Shown here one piece after another: positions 24,508-38,432 of a DNA stretch of 64,000 bases. Location: assembly GCA_002633005.1 (NCBI GenBank), contig NMRA01000245.1, forward strand, positions 544,009 to 608,008. Reading direction: 5' to 3'. A program made the translations under genes and the position numbers. Below the pieces are notes generated by a model. The model ran no database searches and had not been told where the DNA came from. It saw only the letters and a program-made list of their open reading frames with translations. Origin of the DNA: Phoronis australis (taxonomy: Eukaryota > Animalia > Phoronida). The stretch's first letter is position 1. Each line of letters begins with the position of its first letter.

Positions 24508-25168
24508 CACAAGCGACGCGAAGCTCTGAAATGTGTCCACGACTACACTGCAAGCAGTGTGCACCTAAGGGTGTTTTAATCACAAAAATAGCATTTTGAT
24601 GGTGCAGAATACGTAGTTAAGAGAGGGCATCGCCTCTTTTAACACAAAACTATTTGCCAAATATTATGAAAATCCTCCAAGGAACTGCAAAGAAACAGAG
24701 GCAAACTTGAAAAAATAAATTCTCATTAGGAAATACTGTGGTAGTTGAATCTGTCCATCTGTTGCCAAATTAATAGGAATACACTTTCCATATAGTGATC
24801 TTGCAAGGGGTTTAGTAGATACAGCCGCAGATGCGAAGAAAATATCACTAGGTGGCACCACAATAGTTGGATCCATCTGAAAATCCACGTCAGTGGTGCT
24901 CTTGACAACAGGACCACATCTGCCAATTTACATCAGGATCTCCTGTGGGAGTATAAATATCTGTCTCGGAACCGAGTAGAAAAATTACCACTAGGGGGCA
25001 CACCGGTAGTCCAATCCGTCCGAAAATTTGCTCACACATGCTCTCCCATCAATGATAAAAACATGTCTGCAAAATTTCATGAATAACCATCGAGGTTTTT
25101 GGGGGTACGAAAAGATAGACAAACAGGGATAACAGCATAATCCACCCCCATAGAAATGTGGGTGCATA
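24508..25168 (+). mobile_element. Non-autonomous Helentron/DINE-1 (HINE)-like element
   Basis: ACAAG start, aaatttcatga motifs, gacaaacag run, 3' short hairpin cacccccat..atgtgggtg followed by ataa. Similar architecture at ~30480-31010, ~52990-53722 and ~60085-60600. Family call made by pattern only. Confidence 0.45.
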
Positions 25169-25362
25169 AGATTCACTTGGGGACTGATAACTAGATGGGA
25201 TAGTAGGCCATTTAACCATCCACTCAACTCATCATTTTATAGAATAACCAGGATGATCTTTAGATGAGTCATTGGTGATCAATAAGCAGGACCGTTATGA
25301 ATCTCCCATGACTGCTCTAAAGGAACTACATGCTTATTTTCATGAGAGCGATCAACAGGTAC

Positions 25363-25494
25363 CCGTTTTGTCTTGACATTCTCCGCAGCTGTCTTGATGG
25401 TGTTCCAAGTCTTCTGAAAGGTCTTCTTCTGTGCACCGACGACCGACACAATCTGGTCTGTCTTCCTAATGCCAAAGTGATGTTTACGGCAAAG
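25363..25494 (-). CDS. INPP5F: INPP5F exon 4
   Basis: tttcAG...GTac; LCRKHHFGIRKTDQIVSVVGAQKKTFQKTWNTIKTAAENVKTKR, compare human LCKKHHFGINK. Confidence 0.9.
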
Positions 25495-26101
25495 CTGAAA
25501 ACAGGCAAGTAAACTACAAAACCGGAACTTGACATGATTGTTTAATAACACCAAACAGTAATTTAAAGGAAATAAAAGGTTCCAAAAAATGCTCACACTT
25601 TTTCGAGTCAACATGAAACAAACTGAAAACCTAAAAAACAAGAGTTACATCACACCGATCACGAGGGCGTTGTCAGAATACCATATATCGTGGCGAGTGC
25701 CATGTGACTGGAGGACGATGGTTGTCCATGTTAAGAACATTTCACCTGACATTTCATGTTGCATTGTAAGCGTCTCGTGTTTTATAGGTGAGTCATGTTA
25801 ACAATATGAAGAATATTACTTCTTTTTCTTAGCAACAGTTAAAGCGACTTTAAGCCCGTTTCATCCAAGAAGCAAACTTTTGATTTGATTTAGATCACTT
25901 AGCTCTACAAAACTGGTTTAACTAGTTCCTTGGTCAAGAGGGAAGTAATTTCGGATTTGCAAAGAGCACCGTCTCCTTTCTTTATTTCTTGAGACAAAGC
26001 TTGGTGCCTCAAATGACACGCCATAGCAATCTAACTTGTACATCTTTGTCTACAGCAATAACGAGATGTCAGTTCTTTCAAAGCACTAAAATCACCGTTA
26101 C

Positions 26102-26619
26102 TGTATAGTGGATGCTTGTCTCTTTATTGTAATGTATTCCTGCTAGGGCTCAGTTTGGGTTTTACCCAGTGTTCAGTTGTTGACCGCGTAGATCAAGTTG
26201 GCCTGTGACGATGTGCGGAAACAAGTGGAGATTACTTCAATTAACACTGATAAACTGTTAGCGAGGCACTGGTGCTGAACGTTCTAGTGACTGCTTAGAT
26301 GTCGTCAAACTATTGAGCAAGTGTTTGTCGATGTAGTGAGCGTATTCAACTGACTAGACAGCTACGTCTGCCGTTGTGCGTGGAACTCATCTGCAACATT
26401 TAGCTCGAAGCTGTGGACTACATGGGGACACTAGGAGATGACGGCGACTCGAGATACCACAAGCTCAAATGTGGTGTTGGCGTTCAACAATGAGGTTCGT
26501 CCCAGCCTTCGTCCCTGTGTTGTGTTCAGTGTTTTGTATATTAACTTGTCAAGTGCGTGTAAATATTGTTAATAGATGTAAATGCTGCACAAGGAGTTGC
26601 TATGTTTGTTTGCACTACC
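26102..26619. mobile_element. Candidate solo LTR
   Basis: Compositionally distinct ~520-bp block beginning TGTATAGTG and ending CACTAC; no clean TSD seen. Confidence 0.3.
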
Positions 26620-26894
26620 TTAAACAACTCAAGTTTGACTAAGGAACAAATTAATACAAATTTCAAAATGTTAACTGGTGCAAATCAATTTTTTTGAGAT
26701 AGAACGCAATTTGACAGCTGCTTTAAATTTTACTTTTTAAATGATTAAAAAATTTTGTACATTTGAAGCAACTTCAACATTTCTAAAATTGACTTTAATG
26801 TTTGGTGCACACATAATTTGAGATTCATACAGTGTCCACAAGAAATCATGTCAATGCAACCATCCTTATTTTTAATCTTTTACCTTCAATAAGC

Positions 26895-27290
26895 CTTGTC
26901 CACACACAGCCTAATCTAGAACAACTTGCACTAGTGCAACTTACCCCACTTTTAAGTGGAGCGTCCACACACAAATATCGGATAACTAGGGTATGTTGTT
27001 GCTCTGTGCATGACAATGGACAGCTGATGTGAATACGGCATGCAAAAGAAGACACGTCTATACATAACTGCAGCTGATAATAACTTCTGCCTTTCCCCAG
27101 GTTTGCGGCCACACAGTGATTAAAAGTGGTGAAAGTTACCCTAGAATAGTTACCCTACCTCAATAAGGTGGAGTAAACTGTCACAAGTGGGGTAAGTTCC
27201 TCTGGCTTAAACAGCATCCAGACAGTCTCCAAACCTAGCGACAACTCATTCCAGGAGCAACTTGTTCTAAAGAGAATGTGAGTGTGGACT
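26895..27290. mobile_element. MITE, same family as 36528-36828, abutting the INPP5F exon 3 donor
   Basis: Direct alignment with the 36.5-kb copy; gtccacac...gtgtggac termini. Confidence 0.68.
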
Positions 27291-27302
27291 CAGTGTACTT
27301 AC

Positions 27303-27439
27303 CTCAATGTCAAGGTCACCAATTTCTTTCTTGCTCAGCGGTAAAACTGTGATTCTGTTGATTCTGTAGACAGGAAGCTGGCTTGGTAAGTGTCCCACGA
27401 GTGTCTGCTGCCGAATCATGACTAGTCGCCACTCTCCAT
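27303..27439 (-). CDS. INPP5F: INPP5F exon 3
   Basis: ctacAG...GTaagt; (D)GEWRLVMIRQQTLVGHLPSQLPVYRINRITVLPLSKKEIGDLDIE; frame continuous with neighbours. Confidence 0.9.
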
Positions 27440-28517
27440 CTGTAGATGAGAAGTGCAAAAATTTTTAAAAAACAGTGCAGGCGGCCTGGCGTCGTCTGCG
27501 GTGCATGACATGCGCAGGCTTCATGGATGGGCCCATTGCACAAAACACCTGAGCTAAAAGCAAGAGAGACCCGTTATGGTCCTTAGAGAAGGAAGGTTTC
27601 AAGTCTGCCTGTCTCCTTTAAGAAAATGGACAGACGTTTCCATTCGTTGCCATGCATTATATGCAAAAATTTAACCTCCAACTTATATTTTTCAAGAATT
27701 TTGGTTATGACGGTAGATCTGAAAGTTCCATGTTTGACAGTTGGTAGAAACGATCTTACTGTATCAATGCAGTTGTCTGTTCTGCTATCATTTGGTCAGG
27801 AAGGATTCTGCTGAAATTTCTCTTGAGAACAAATATAAAGGAGTACTTTGAAAATGTGTCAACATTTTAGTAAATTTTAGTGTAATGTACAGCACTTGAG
27901 TCAAGAAATGAACAGTTAGGACAAAGGAATAGGAAATAATGATAGTTGTGGTGCATATGACTGCGTTCAAACAGGTCAACTTTTCCAAACATTCATAAAT
28001 AGTGTCTCCTCTAATAATCAACGAACTGTAAAAATCATTACCTAGATTATATAGCCGCTAATCAGATTAAGATCTAGCCAGAGACTTATGTGGATGAAAA
28101 ACTGAATTTGCTAGTTAGGTCATGTGATGCTTGGGAACAGAAAAGATTAACACGTTCTAGTCTATGGTAATATGCCGCAGAACACAAAAATAGAATTCAC
28201 AGGTGTCAGACCAACTACAGAGTTTCATAACTACCATGTGAATTGAAGTAGAAATCTGAGGGGGGGTTGTGGTGTTTTGATAAGTAAATATCTTAGTGTC
28301 TCTGAATTGGCAAATAAATTTCTTTATTTAACATATTTTGTAATTGCCCCATACGCTTGTAAGGACTGTATCGCATATTTTGCAATCAGAGTCTCAATTC
28401 TCCCAATCGAGCATGTGATGGTATAAGCAGGTCTTCATCTAGAGAGTGTCTAGGGCATCCAAATGGACACTCTGACTCAAATTTAGACACTCTATTTAAG
28501 ACCCCTGTTCAACATTT

Positions 28518-28623
28518 GCACAGCCAAGTAAAGCACTGAAGTAATCATAGTTGTCCCTTTTAACTAGCTAGCACAGCCAAGTAAAGCACTGAAGTAATCC
28601 TAGTTGTCCCTTTTAACTAGCTA
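28518..28623. repeat. 53-bp tandem duplication
   Basis: gcacagccaagtaaagcactgaagtaatc.tagttgtcccttttaactagcta twice. Confidence 0.95.
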
Positions 28624-28899
28624 GCTAGTTCTCAGATCTCGTAGGGCTTATCTAGAATAAAAAGTTGGTTTAGAAATGGATTCAAAGACACAAAAGTTTA
28701 GGGCAGAACCATGTGTCCAGACCACCTTTTCTCACAATAACAGCAATTTGGTTTAGGGTTATAAAAATGCTGCCGCACATTATTGGCCAATGACGCCTTG
28801 AGAAATTAGGAAACCCATTTTGGACGCCATGTTTTTGAAATTCTGGATGAAGCCCTGGGTATAAGCAGCGCCAACATTAGCCAAGAACAATGGATGACA

Positions 28900-29250
28900 T
28901 ACAACAAGTTTGATTTTTACATGAAGGAACTTATCGCTTTCGATGTAAACATTGGAATGAGTACAGGTGCTGACGACATGCCAACAAGCCCTGTGTTCAC
29001 CTGATCCTCATCCTGAGATACCAGTGCCTAAAAAAATATAAGCACAGCCCCAGAAATCAGTTTCGCATTTTATCCAGGTTCTCATTCACTCCTTTGCATA
29101 CCTTCACTACTAAGACCGAGTTCAGAGGAATAAGAGACACCTTTGTGCAATGCTGGATTGTCTGCCAATAAAGCCAGGATTCAAACCCGGGTCTCCCAAA
29201 CGGGAGTCCGAAGCTCATACCACTGTGCCACACTGTCTCCACAGCACCTG
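28900..29250 (-). mobile_element. tRNA-derived SINE-like element (3' extent approximate)
   Basis: Minus-strand head TGGCACAGTGG (A box) ... CCGGGTTTGAATCCTGG (B box/T arm) at 29168-29240; acceptor stem does not pair. Confidence 0.55.
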
Positions 29251-31055
29251 CAGAATCACTCACCAGGTTTCCTAACCTGAGACTGCCAATTGGCTGCATG
29301 ACACTCGTGGTTATACAAAAGAGGATGCATTCATATTCGCACTATACTTAATCTTCTAACCTTCATATCATACGTTTTATATTTTGCCCATCACTAATTT
29401 AACCATCTTCTACTATCATTCTGCAAGCGCAAGACAGAGAAATGTCAAAAACTTGACAAAAAGACTCTAGTAATCTAATTCACCATTTTTCAATGTTCCC
29501 ATGTGTAAAATGATAACTTCGGCAATTTTGCAGTGGGTCTTGTGGATGGTCAACTGACCAGGGGCATGCCTTTAATAAGGCGAGTTGTTACCTCGTCATG
29601 CAGAAAAGATACTCCGCCAACATTCTGACAACAGCGCCATCTGTCACTTAATTATGCCACCAACAGTTGACAGAGATACAGTAAATATCTGTAACAGCTG
29701 GCCTCTCAGACCAACTACAAGCAACCACATGGCTAACACTTTCACAAAGAACAAATAAGCCAGAAATGAGAATGTTGAGCGCATTGTTTTTGCAGGTGCA
29801 TTACTGGTAGTTAAAGTTTAGGTTATATCATAACTTATGGTATATAACACAAACTTTTACATCTGCTGAAAATGAGCCTAGTATTGAGAAAAACAAGCAA
29901 ACTTAAAATGCTAACTTTTTGACACAGAAAAAATTTCTAGCATTTCCATCATTGAAATGAACTCAGATATATCTCCAATCATTTGTTAAGTGTCTTGGAC
30001 ATCCAGGGCATTTTATTCACGTGAACTAATCGTACAGCACAATTGACCCCTCTCTGCACGCACACACGATTTGGCCAATAGGTGGCGTGCAGACCAGACT
30101 TGAAAATGTTGGTGATCTACACTTCCACGCCAGCTCAAGATTTACATACATATTTAGATGCAACTGTATTGACAAACTGAATATTTAATAAGCAAGAGTT
30201 CTCAGGCCTCTTATACAAATCAATGCCTATGGCACAATCAATGGTATGAATGTCCACCATGGCGTTTAAGGATATCCACGGAGTTTACCAAGATTCAGAA
30301 ATTGATCAAAGTCTTGTGTGCTAAGTACAAGAACTGCATGCTTTAGGCACTGACATCTAAAAAGGAATTTTGCCATAGCTAGCTCCTGATTCCAGAATAA
30401 ACTTTTGAATTGATGCCTGTTAGCCGTTTCTGTGAAAACAAAGCTTTTAATCTTAAGATAAATTCCCTCCCTATTGAACACCTATAACAGAAAATACAAC
30501 CCAGTTACACAAAATGCATTTAAGGGGGCACAGCGCTTGGAATCCGCTCACAACTGGTAACTAAATGAAATTGTCACTAGAGGATGCTGCTGTAGTCGAA
30601 TGTGCTTAAAAATTAAGTGGTGGCGACGTATTTCCATCACATACCTCAGAGTACAGTTTCCATGAAATCTCTCCATCAGTTCTGCAGATATCGTGCACCG
30701 CTTCCCCCCCAAAAAAAAACATTCAAATGCCCCTGGAGGGCAGGGCAGATTCAAAAGTGTTACACGCAGCCCTAGTGATGCCCTACACCTTTGTGTCAAT
30801 ATCAAGATCCAACCAGCAGTTTTTGACATATCAAGCGGACACCCTGCCAAGCAAGGATGATGACAATGCATGACCACGTACGTAGGTGCATAAAAAGCAA
30901 GACAAATAATACCAAAACTCCAATGACAAGACTATACAAGTGCCCCACAGATATTGCAGCACTGTGGGTAAATAGCGCAAGATTTAAGTGTCGCTGCATG
31001 ATTTGGGACGGCTGTATTAGTTAATTATTGGCTTAACTAGACAAGTAGAGTCATA

Positions 31056-31324
31056 GGCGGATTTAGGGGGGCTCAGGCCCCCCCCCCCGGCTGCCGCAAG
31101 CAAAATGAAACAGCAAGAGCATGAAGAAATATTGAGTAAAGCAAGTAGGACCGGTAGCGGATGAGAGGGGGCTCAGACCAGCGGTGGAATTTTTTAGTCC
31201 ACAGATAGACTTTCTGAACCGGAGGTCCACATCCCCGGCCGCTTGTGCCCATACCATCGCACTTTGCCCAATTCCCCCGAGGTAACATATTGGGCCCCCC
31301 TTATGGCATCCTAGATCCGCCACT
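31056..31324. mobile_element. MITE with GGCGGAT(C/T)TAGG...CCTAGATCCGCCACTG termini (hAT-like CAGTGGCGGAT family)
   Basis: Terminal inverted repeats; internal ggctgccgcaa..aaacagcaagag shared with 40533-40872. Confidence 0.7.
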
Positions 31325-33034
31325 GATAGTAAGTCAAGAAAAGATAGAATTCTAGCATCAATAAGAACATCAATGGACTCGCGACATAGTTTGCAATTTG
31401 ACCACGTTAAATTTTTGCAAAAGACAGCTGGTTGTGCAGATTGAGTTCATTTGATTAATACTTTCTGAAGACTGGATAATTCAATTCAACTTCAAACTGT
31501 CGGATGAAAACATTTGACTCAGTCAACGGAGCGACTACCGGTACTTGAAAACTCATGGCACGAGAGGGAATTCTAATGGCAATGAACAGTTAACCTTGGA
31601 CGCTTGTTCAGAAATAATAATTGCATAGTCAATCTGACCTCATAACGCCAACAAGGCAACAGTCTAATGGTATTCTAATTACCCGGATTTTGCACAAACA
31701 CTCCTGTACATGCTGCCATTGGCCACAATAATTTTTTCACAGTTTGCACTTTGCTGCCAAAGGAACAAGGTCTGCAAGTTTCAAAGAAAACGAGACTTAA
31801 TAAGAAACAGGAGGAGTAATTAGCACCTCAGTTACCATGCTAAACGCTATTACATAACAAATGGCATCACTGTTAATAAAGTCATAATTCTATTATCTTG
31901 ATGCCACTGCTCTCACTGACTGCTAACATGAACCACATTCATAAGGGACTCCAAGTTTTTCAATTCAGTGCTGTGTTGGTGACATATTAGAGGACCCTAT
32001 TAAAGAAAATAAGCTTACATTTGGGGCTCTAGAAAGGGAAAAATATGACATTTCAAAATACAGGACCTGGGGGTTCACTACCCCAGAATTGAAAATGGAC
32101 ATGAGCTTACAGGAATACAGGTGAAGCCATTTGAGGGGTGCACAGCAAAGCAAATGGTGTAACATACATAGGCAAAAAATTGAGTCTTCCCACGGCTGGT
32201 TTATTTGGATCGGAAATCATCATTACAGTCAACAGTGATAAGAGTCAATTGTTACCACAACTGATGCTGTTCTGTATCTGGCCATATTGGATTACTTCAC
32301 TAAACACCTTTCAAGAAGGCACTAAATGCTAAACACCTTGAGAAAGCCCCTGAAATAGCATAAATGGTTCTGATTCTGAAACCTGCGCCTCACTGTTATA
32401 AGAAAAAAATACCCGCCCACATCGTTTTAGCAACATTATTTCAAAAGCAACGCAAAAATATTAAAATTTTTGATCAAACTGGATTGGCAGCTCAACAACA
32501 TTCACCTCTGATTTGGTTTTGAGAAGCGGCCAGTCCGCCGGTAGGCAGAGTGTGAGTCAAGAGCGACAATGAACCACTGTGACTGTAGCCAAGTACTATA
32601 TGCTAGTAAAATATGATGAGGGGAAATCTGTGAACATATAATGATCTCACTCTATAAAATAATAATAATAATAATAATACGGAAGCAAAATGTTATTTTA
32701 GGGAAGGTCGAATAAAGTTTATAAAATCAACCATCATAATAATGATTACTTCTCAAAGTTTTATGCAAATACACAGGGGTGAGCAAGGAAAGGCAGTAGG
32801 ACTGTCACACACGCATTCACACTTCATTTAATAGTAATAACAACAGTAATAATGATATTAAATTTATACATAACCGAAATTCATTGTAGTCCAGAGGCTC
32901 TCCAACAGTCTAGTTTCCCTGTCGTCCAGTTCTTTTTTGTTTTTTGAAATTATGAAATGTAATTCCAATTTAATTCATAAGGAATGATTTTGAATAAAAA
33001 CCAATCTGGGTGTAATTGTTGTTGATTACATATT

Positions 33035-33093
33035 AATAAATATAATAAATATAATAAATATAATAAATATAATAAATATAATAAATATAATAA
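33035..33093. repeat. 9-bp AT-only tandem repeat (AATAAATAT)n
   Basis: About 6 copies. Confidence 0.95.
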
Positions 33094-34861
33094 TGAGCCA
33101 TATCAATGACATAATTTACCTACAGAGAACTCAAACGGTATAACAAGAATCCCTTTTCTAATATCTTGATAACTTCCTTTGAAGAAAGATGTCAAAATGC
33201 ATTGAACAATGATCTAGAATCTTTGCACCATATTAAAATGTAAGAACAGATGTCCAGTCTTCTGTACTAGATTATACTCAGGGCATCTGTCTGTATAAAC
33301 AATCTTCATCTTGTTTTACAAAGAGTGAGTATAGGCTCTGTTATGCAACAGCATGGTTTGACAGGAAGTGTGAAAGGCATAGAATACATTTTTTGATATC
33401 TCGTTTCGAATAATGCTGATTCAGAAGTAATTTTTGTAATTGTCTGGTTTTTTGCAATACAAAATACTTTTATTTTTTTCTTTTGCAATTTCATTGTGAT
33501 CAAAGCAAATCTCATCGCTACAGCCAAAGAATGTGATAATTTTATAAAATTGTTTTTTAAATAAAAAGATACTACTGAAGTAAATTCCATGATATGAAAA
33601 TCTCTTAATTTATATTTTGCATTGAGGACTTAAAAAGATAATAAAATACTAGTATCAGTTTATTTTCAGCACCAATACAGTCATTTGATCAACCACAAAT
33701 CCATTATTAGCGAAATCTTTATAGTATAATTACTTAATGTGTTAACTCCTTGTTATGTCATATAATCTGTTCACCATCAGACACATATTTTAAATACAAC
33801 ATGACTGAACTGTTCACTTACATACACTACAGCACTGTTCAATAAAATCATTATTCACAGACCTACATGACCATTATCAGTTCAGGACTATAGTTTCAAA
33901 GAATACAATGGGGATAAAACTTCCAAATTCCACGTTCGGGAGATTGGAGTCTTTAATCCCAGTTAGCAAATAAAAATACGATGCGTATAGAGATTACGTA
34001 AACATATGTTCATCTTACTCTATATAATATTAAAAATAATAATGAAATATGATGTGAGAAAATCTGGGAATATAATGTTGAGATCTTACTCCAAATAACA
34101 AAAATAATGATAATGGTGATGGTGAAAATAATAAGTCTAACTTCTAAGAACTTGTTTTTGAAAGAAATTATGTTTAAACCTCATAATAGTTGAGGTAGTG
34201 CTCCAAGTATGTTATGGCCATACTTAAGAAGCAAGCCCGCACAGTATAAACAAGCAATTTTGAACAGTTCAGTTTGGATTCCCTGTTGTGCAGAACACCA
34301 TTAAGTACATATTTTCTGAATTGCACAATTATTTATTCTCACACGACCGCTATTTTTAGTGAAAATTATAATTTTTTTAACAAAAATTTTGAAAATCTTA
34401 ACTGCAAGCAACCTGGTGTTTGAACTATGTAATCTAACCACCAACATGCAGAGAACTGTATTTTAGATTTTTTTAAACCTCAAACATGATAGATAATAGC
34501 CAACAAAGTCTCGTTTTAAAACAAAGTCACAAGCTTTCATTTTGACTGCCAAACGAGAAACGATTCCCTCAGGCATAAGCTATAAAATGAGCGTACAATG
34601 TTTCGTGTGAATGCACACATGAGCTAAAACACTGATAACGTTTTGCCACATAATCGAAATCAATTGAAATCGCATCAAACGACGAGCATATTTTGCATAT
34701 AAATAATGCAATTACAAAATGTAAACGTACTAATCAGAAATCCAGACATAATTTCATAAAATACATAAATATTGCATTTTTAAAAACATTCCACCAAGCA
34801 ATGTTACCGAGCTTATTTTAGGAGGTCCAAAAATGGGCAATTGAAACTTTAAGATTTAAGT

Positions 34862-34917
34862 GCTGTCCAAACACAGACTTATCCTAAAACAAGTTACTTT
34901 CACCTTCCTATAGTTTA

Positions 34918-34950
<33 letters not shown>

Positions 34951-34990
34951 CGTGCAAGTTGTTCTAAGGTAAGTCTGTGTGTAGGCGGGA
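34862..34990. mobile_element. Internally deleted MITE of the same family carrying a (GT)n microsatellite
   Basis: acacagacttatcctaaaacaa / ttgttctaaggtaagtctgtgt inverted termini around (GT)13. Confidence 0.6.
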
Positions 34991-35890
34991 TTTAAAGTGG
35001 AACTTGCACACTAATTAACCTATCGCCAGGATTTTGAGTGACGGTTTAACTGACCATTTAGAACTCATCATTGACACACCTTTGTTTCTAAGCTGCCATT
35101 TTACCCGACAAACAACAGGTTGCCATGTAAAACTTATTGTTTGTTAGTTGACATTACGCAAGGGGGTGGAGCTTGCGATAGGTCAATTCCATATTTCTGT
35201 GATTGCTTAGTCAAATCAGTTAGAAACACAACATACATCGACAATGTGAATACGATGTCGGTTGAAAATTGCCAAATGATTTTAAGAACGAGTTTTGTGT
35301 CGAAAACAATCCGCCGTGTATCACTCAACCGTGTTCAGTAAGTATCGTGACATGGTGTTGGGGAATAATACTTCATGATGTGGGTTATGTGAGACCTTAA
35401 GGTACGTCATAAGTTTAAAGGTCACCTATTCACAGAATTTTTTGTTTTCACATTTACAATTTGTCAATGATAACAACTGCACTTTGTTTAGCGTAGATGA
35501 TGTTCAAATTGCATTGTCGTTTAGTTCCAGCTACACATTAGCATAGTTAGAAGCTTGCAAATGCACCTATAAAACAACTTTGAGGCAGTTTAACACGCCA
35601 AACTACAGATTGTTTCAACTATGGGCAGGGCACAGCTATTGGGAAAAAGCAAAAGCATTGAATCATCTTATTTCAGATGCAAAATCAAAATAGAATTACA
35701 CTGAGCAAGTGAAACATGAACATGATAACAACCACATCATGCATGGCACGTTAGTCATGAGAGTCACGCACGCATAAGATTTGGCTTTAGAACACTAAAA
35801 GTAAAACCTAGACGTCATCAGAATAGAAAAAGTCAATGCAATAAAAAATAGTTCCACTGTAACACTTTATGAACAGTCTTTAATACTTAC

Positions 35891-35971
35891 CAGGGTGTAT
35901 TTTTATTTTTCCAATAATCCCATGAATCTGACCCAGACAAACTGGATTCCAGGCAGCACACAGCTCATGAC
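35891..35971 (-). CDS. INPP5F: INPP5F exon 2
   Basis: tgcAG...GTaagt boundaries; encodes (G)HELCAAWNPVCLGQIHGIIGKIKIHP, compare human AWNPICLGLVEGVIGKIQLH. Confidence 0.92.
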
Positions 35972-36527
35972 CTGCAATTAATCAGAATTCCCATAAAACG
36001 CACTTTCTGAAATCGACTAGCTTGACGTAACTGTAACTAATCCAGGTTTGATTTCAGAGAATAGTCACTTTAATATGTTAAAAGCCAGAGTTAAGTGGGG
36101 AATTCTCCAATAACATTTATTTAGAGTTAAAACATGAATTTGTAGACTATGACAAAACAGATCTTTCGTTACCAGAGCTGTAGCCCTGGTCAAAGCCCTA
36201 GGTCATTATACTGGGTGGCCGGCAGCAGGTACCGCATATGCACATATTTATACCTAAGTGCAAAGGTGTACCAATATTCAGAGTTTAAAAAATGTCTACG
36301 TGCAAAACAATTGAATAACTTAGACAAAATGCAGAATTTTAAGAACGTATGTGAATGACGTTTGACTTGTGATAATTATAATATTCAACATTTTTGAAAA
36401 AATCTAATAACTGTGAATGGGTGTTATAGAATAATCAAACAACGTGGACGTTTAGAAGGGAAAAATTGGGGCTGGGTATATTCAATAAATTGTTTTGCAG
36501 CATCAGATATTTACTAAAGTTAAATCT

Positions 36528-36828
36528 CATACACACGCAGACTTACCACAAAACAACTTGTAACTAATGCAACTTGTCCACTTTAAGTGGAGTGTCCACA
36601 CACAGCTGGTAATTATTTGTGCCTTGCAACAGGTTTGCGGCCACAAAGCAATTAGAAGTGACGCAACTTACCCTAGAACCAGTTACCCTACCTCGATAAG
36701 GTGGAGTAAGTTGTCACGAGTGGGACAAGTTGCGCTAGTTTTATTACCGTCTAGACAGCCCCAAAACCTAGCAACAACTCGTTTTGGGAGTAACTAATGT
36801 TCTAGTGTAAGCCTGCGTGTGGGTGACA
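36528..36828. mobile_element. MITE family (CACACAGACTTACC.TAGAACAACTTG TIRs; PIF/Harbinger-like), also at ~26895-27290 and 34862-34990
   Basis: 36550-36805 aligns with 26916-27270 (ttaagtggag.gtccacacaca, caggtttgcggccaca, agttaccctacctc.ataaggtggagtaa). Confidence 0.7.
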
Positions 36829-37099
36829 CTTAAGATTGAGAGTTTTTAACATAAGGCCCAGCACCATTTACATATCAGTGATAAACTAAATTAAAAATAA
36901 ATTACATTGACTACAATCATACACCTATGCAAGCCACATTTAATTTACTCACAATTGTTCAATCAGGACATTTTGTATGGTAAATTTTAACATGGTCGAT
37001 TTGCACAATAGCACAATCCTGGAAGGTGGCACGTGGGAAATAATCAGATTTAACATTGGTACCTCACTTCAAGACTGAATCGCCACGCAAAGCATGCTT

Positions 37100-37335
37100 G
37101 ACAGCAAAAACTCTACAATCTAGGACAGTCTCTAGTATTTGGGACACGGAAAATCCCACAAATATTGAATTTATTTTCTTAATTCTGGAATTTTGCAAAA
37201 GGGCAATTTTTCCGTTCGCCAAATATTTCAAATTTCGGATGTTTTCAATCTACAGAGTGAGCAATTATGTCATCTTTCCCGTGATTCTTGAATTTGGGAC
37301 TACCAACATTGTCTAGTTCTAGAATTTGGGACATT
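37100..37335. mobile_element. Interspersed repeat with iterated AATTTGGGAC motif; inverted relatives at ~2370-2455 and ~3400-3635
   Basis: 37130-37200 is the reverse complement of 2376-2445; 37275-37330 is the reverse complement of 3405-3455. Confidence 0.6.
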
Positions 37336-38432
37336 AGCTCTGACCATGAGCAAAACAATTATCTTTTCACTGTCTTAAATTATAGAATTTTTAAGGTAAA
37401 CCTGGTTTCGGCCAATTACCAGATATGAAGAACGACTTTTCCCTCCACCTCTCTAAACTAAAACAATGCTCTGTAACTCTCATCAATTCTCAAAAGTTTG
37501 GAGCAAATTTGAAAACTCTTTACGAAGTCTGATCAACTGTCAAGTGTGACGAACGCTTTCTGCGAGTAACCCAACAACTGAATGGAAAAATTTTTACACT
37601 GGGCACAAATTTTGCTAGATTAATACTAGGGAAAATTATTCTTAATGTATGCCATTTCTTAATACAGTTAAAATTCCAACCGTTGTCTATACCATAAACC
37701 ACTGGTGCTGGCCGGGCATGAGCTAGCTGTATTGTACTGAATGTGTAGTGTCACTGTCTCCCAATAGGGTGGCTTATCTTTCCAGTACTTATGAAATCTT
37801 TAGGTATGCGGCAGCTCGTGGGATTAATCCCATGTAATGTTTTTCCTGAAATGTTTCTGGGATATCAAAATACGTGGGACTCCTGTTTCTATCACTGATG
37901 AACGTGGTGATGTGATGTGTCAGAACAGGCTCATTAAATCAATTATTTACCATGGGACATCATGGGCTCAATTTCCACCATGGTCATGGTATTTTTGTAT
38001 ATTATATTCCAATCAAAAGATATGAAAACATTAATAGGGAAGAAAAGGACCTCTCCCATTAACAAGTATTCATGACTCCCCCCCTTCCGCATACTCTTGG
38101 CCAAATTGACTGAGGTACTTTTAATTACTAACAGTACATGCAATTTGCCAATAAAATTCGGGTTCAAATCGGGTGTTTTTTTAAGATTTAAAATTGTGCA
38201 ACCAAGGCAGCAAATGTCACTGTTCATTCACAGAGCACAATGTTAAATTGTGCAAAGAGTAAGCATGTAAACGAGGGGTCAACACAGGGTTACGACCTCC
38301 ATATATGACATGAGCGGGGCTCTCGGTGAATCAAGATACATAACCGTCTCCAAATAAGAATTTAAAGAAACAGAGCCTCGTGGTGCCATTCCTAATCATC
38401 AGATCACTTACAAGTTTATTAGCAAGCAAACA

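Noticed and set aside
32860-33300. 3' end of a LINE (L1/Tx1-like) on the minus strand
   Set aside because: Only vague resemblance (HLF-like motif, AT-rich tail); too decayed to support without a search
33665-33682. RE1/NRSE-like TTCAGCACC motif
   Set aside because: Second half-site (GGACAG) is absent or mis-spaced
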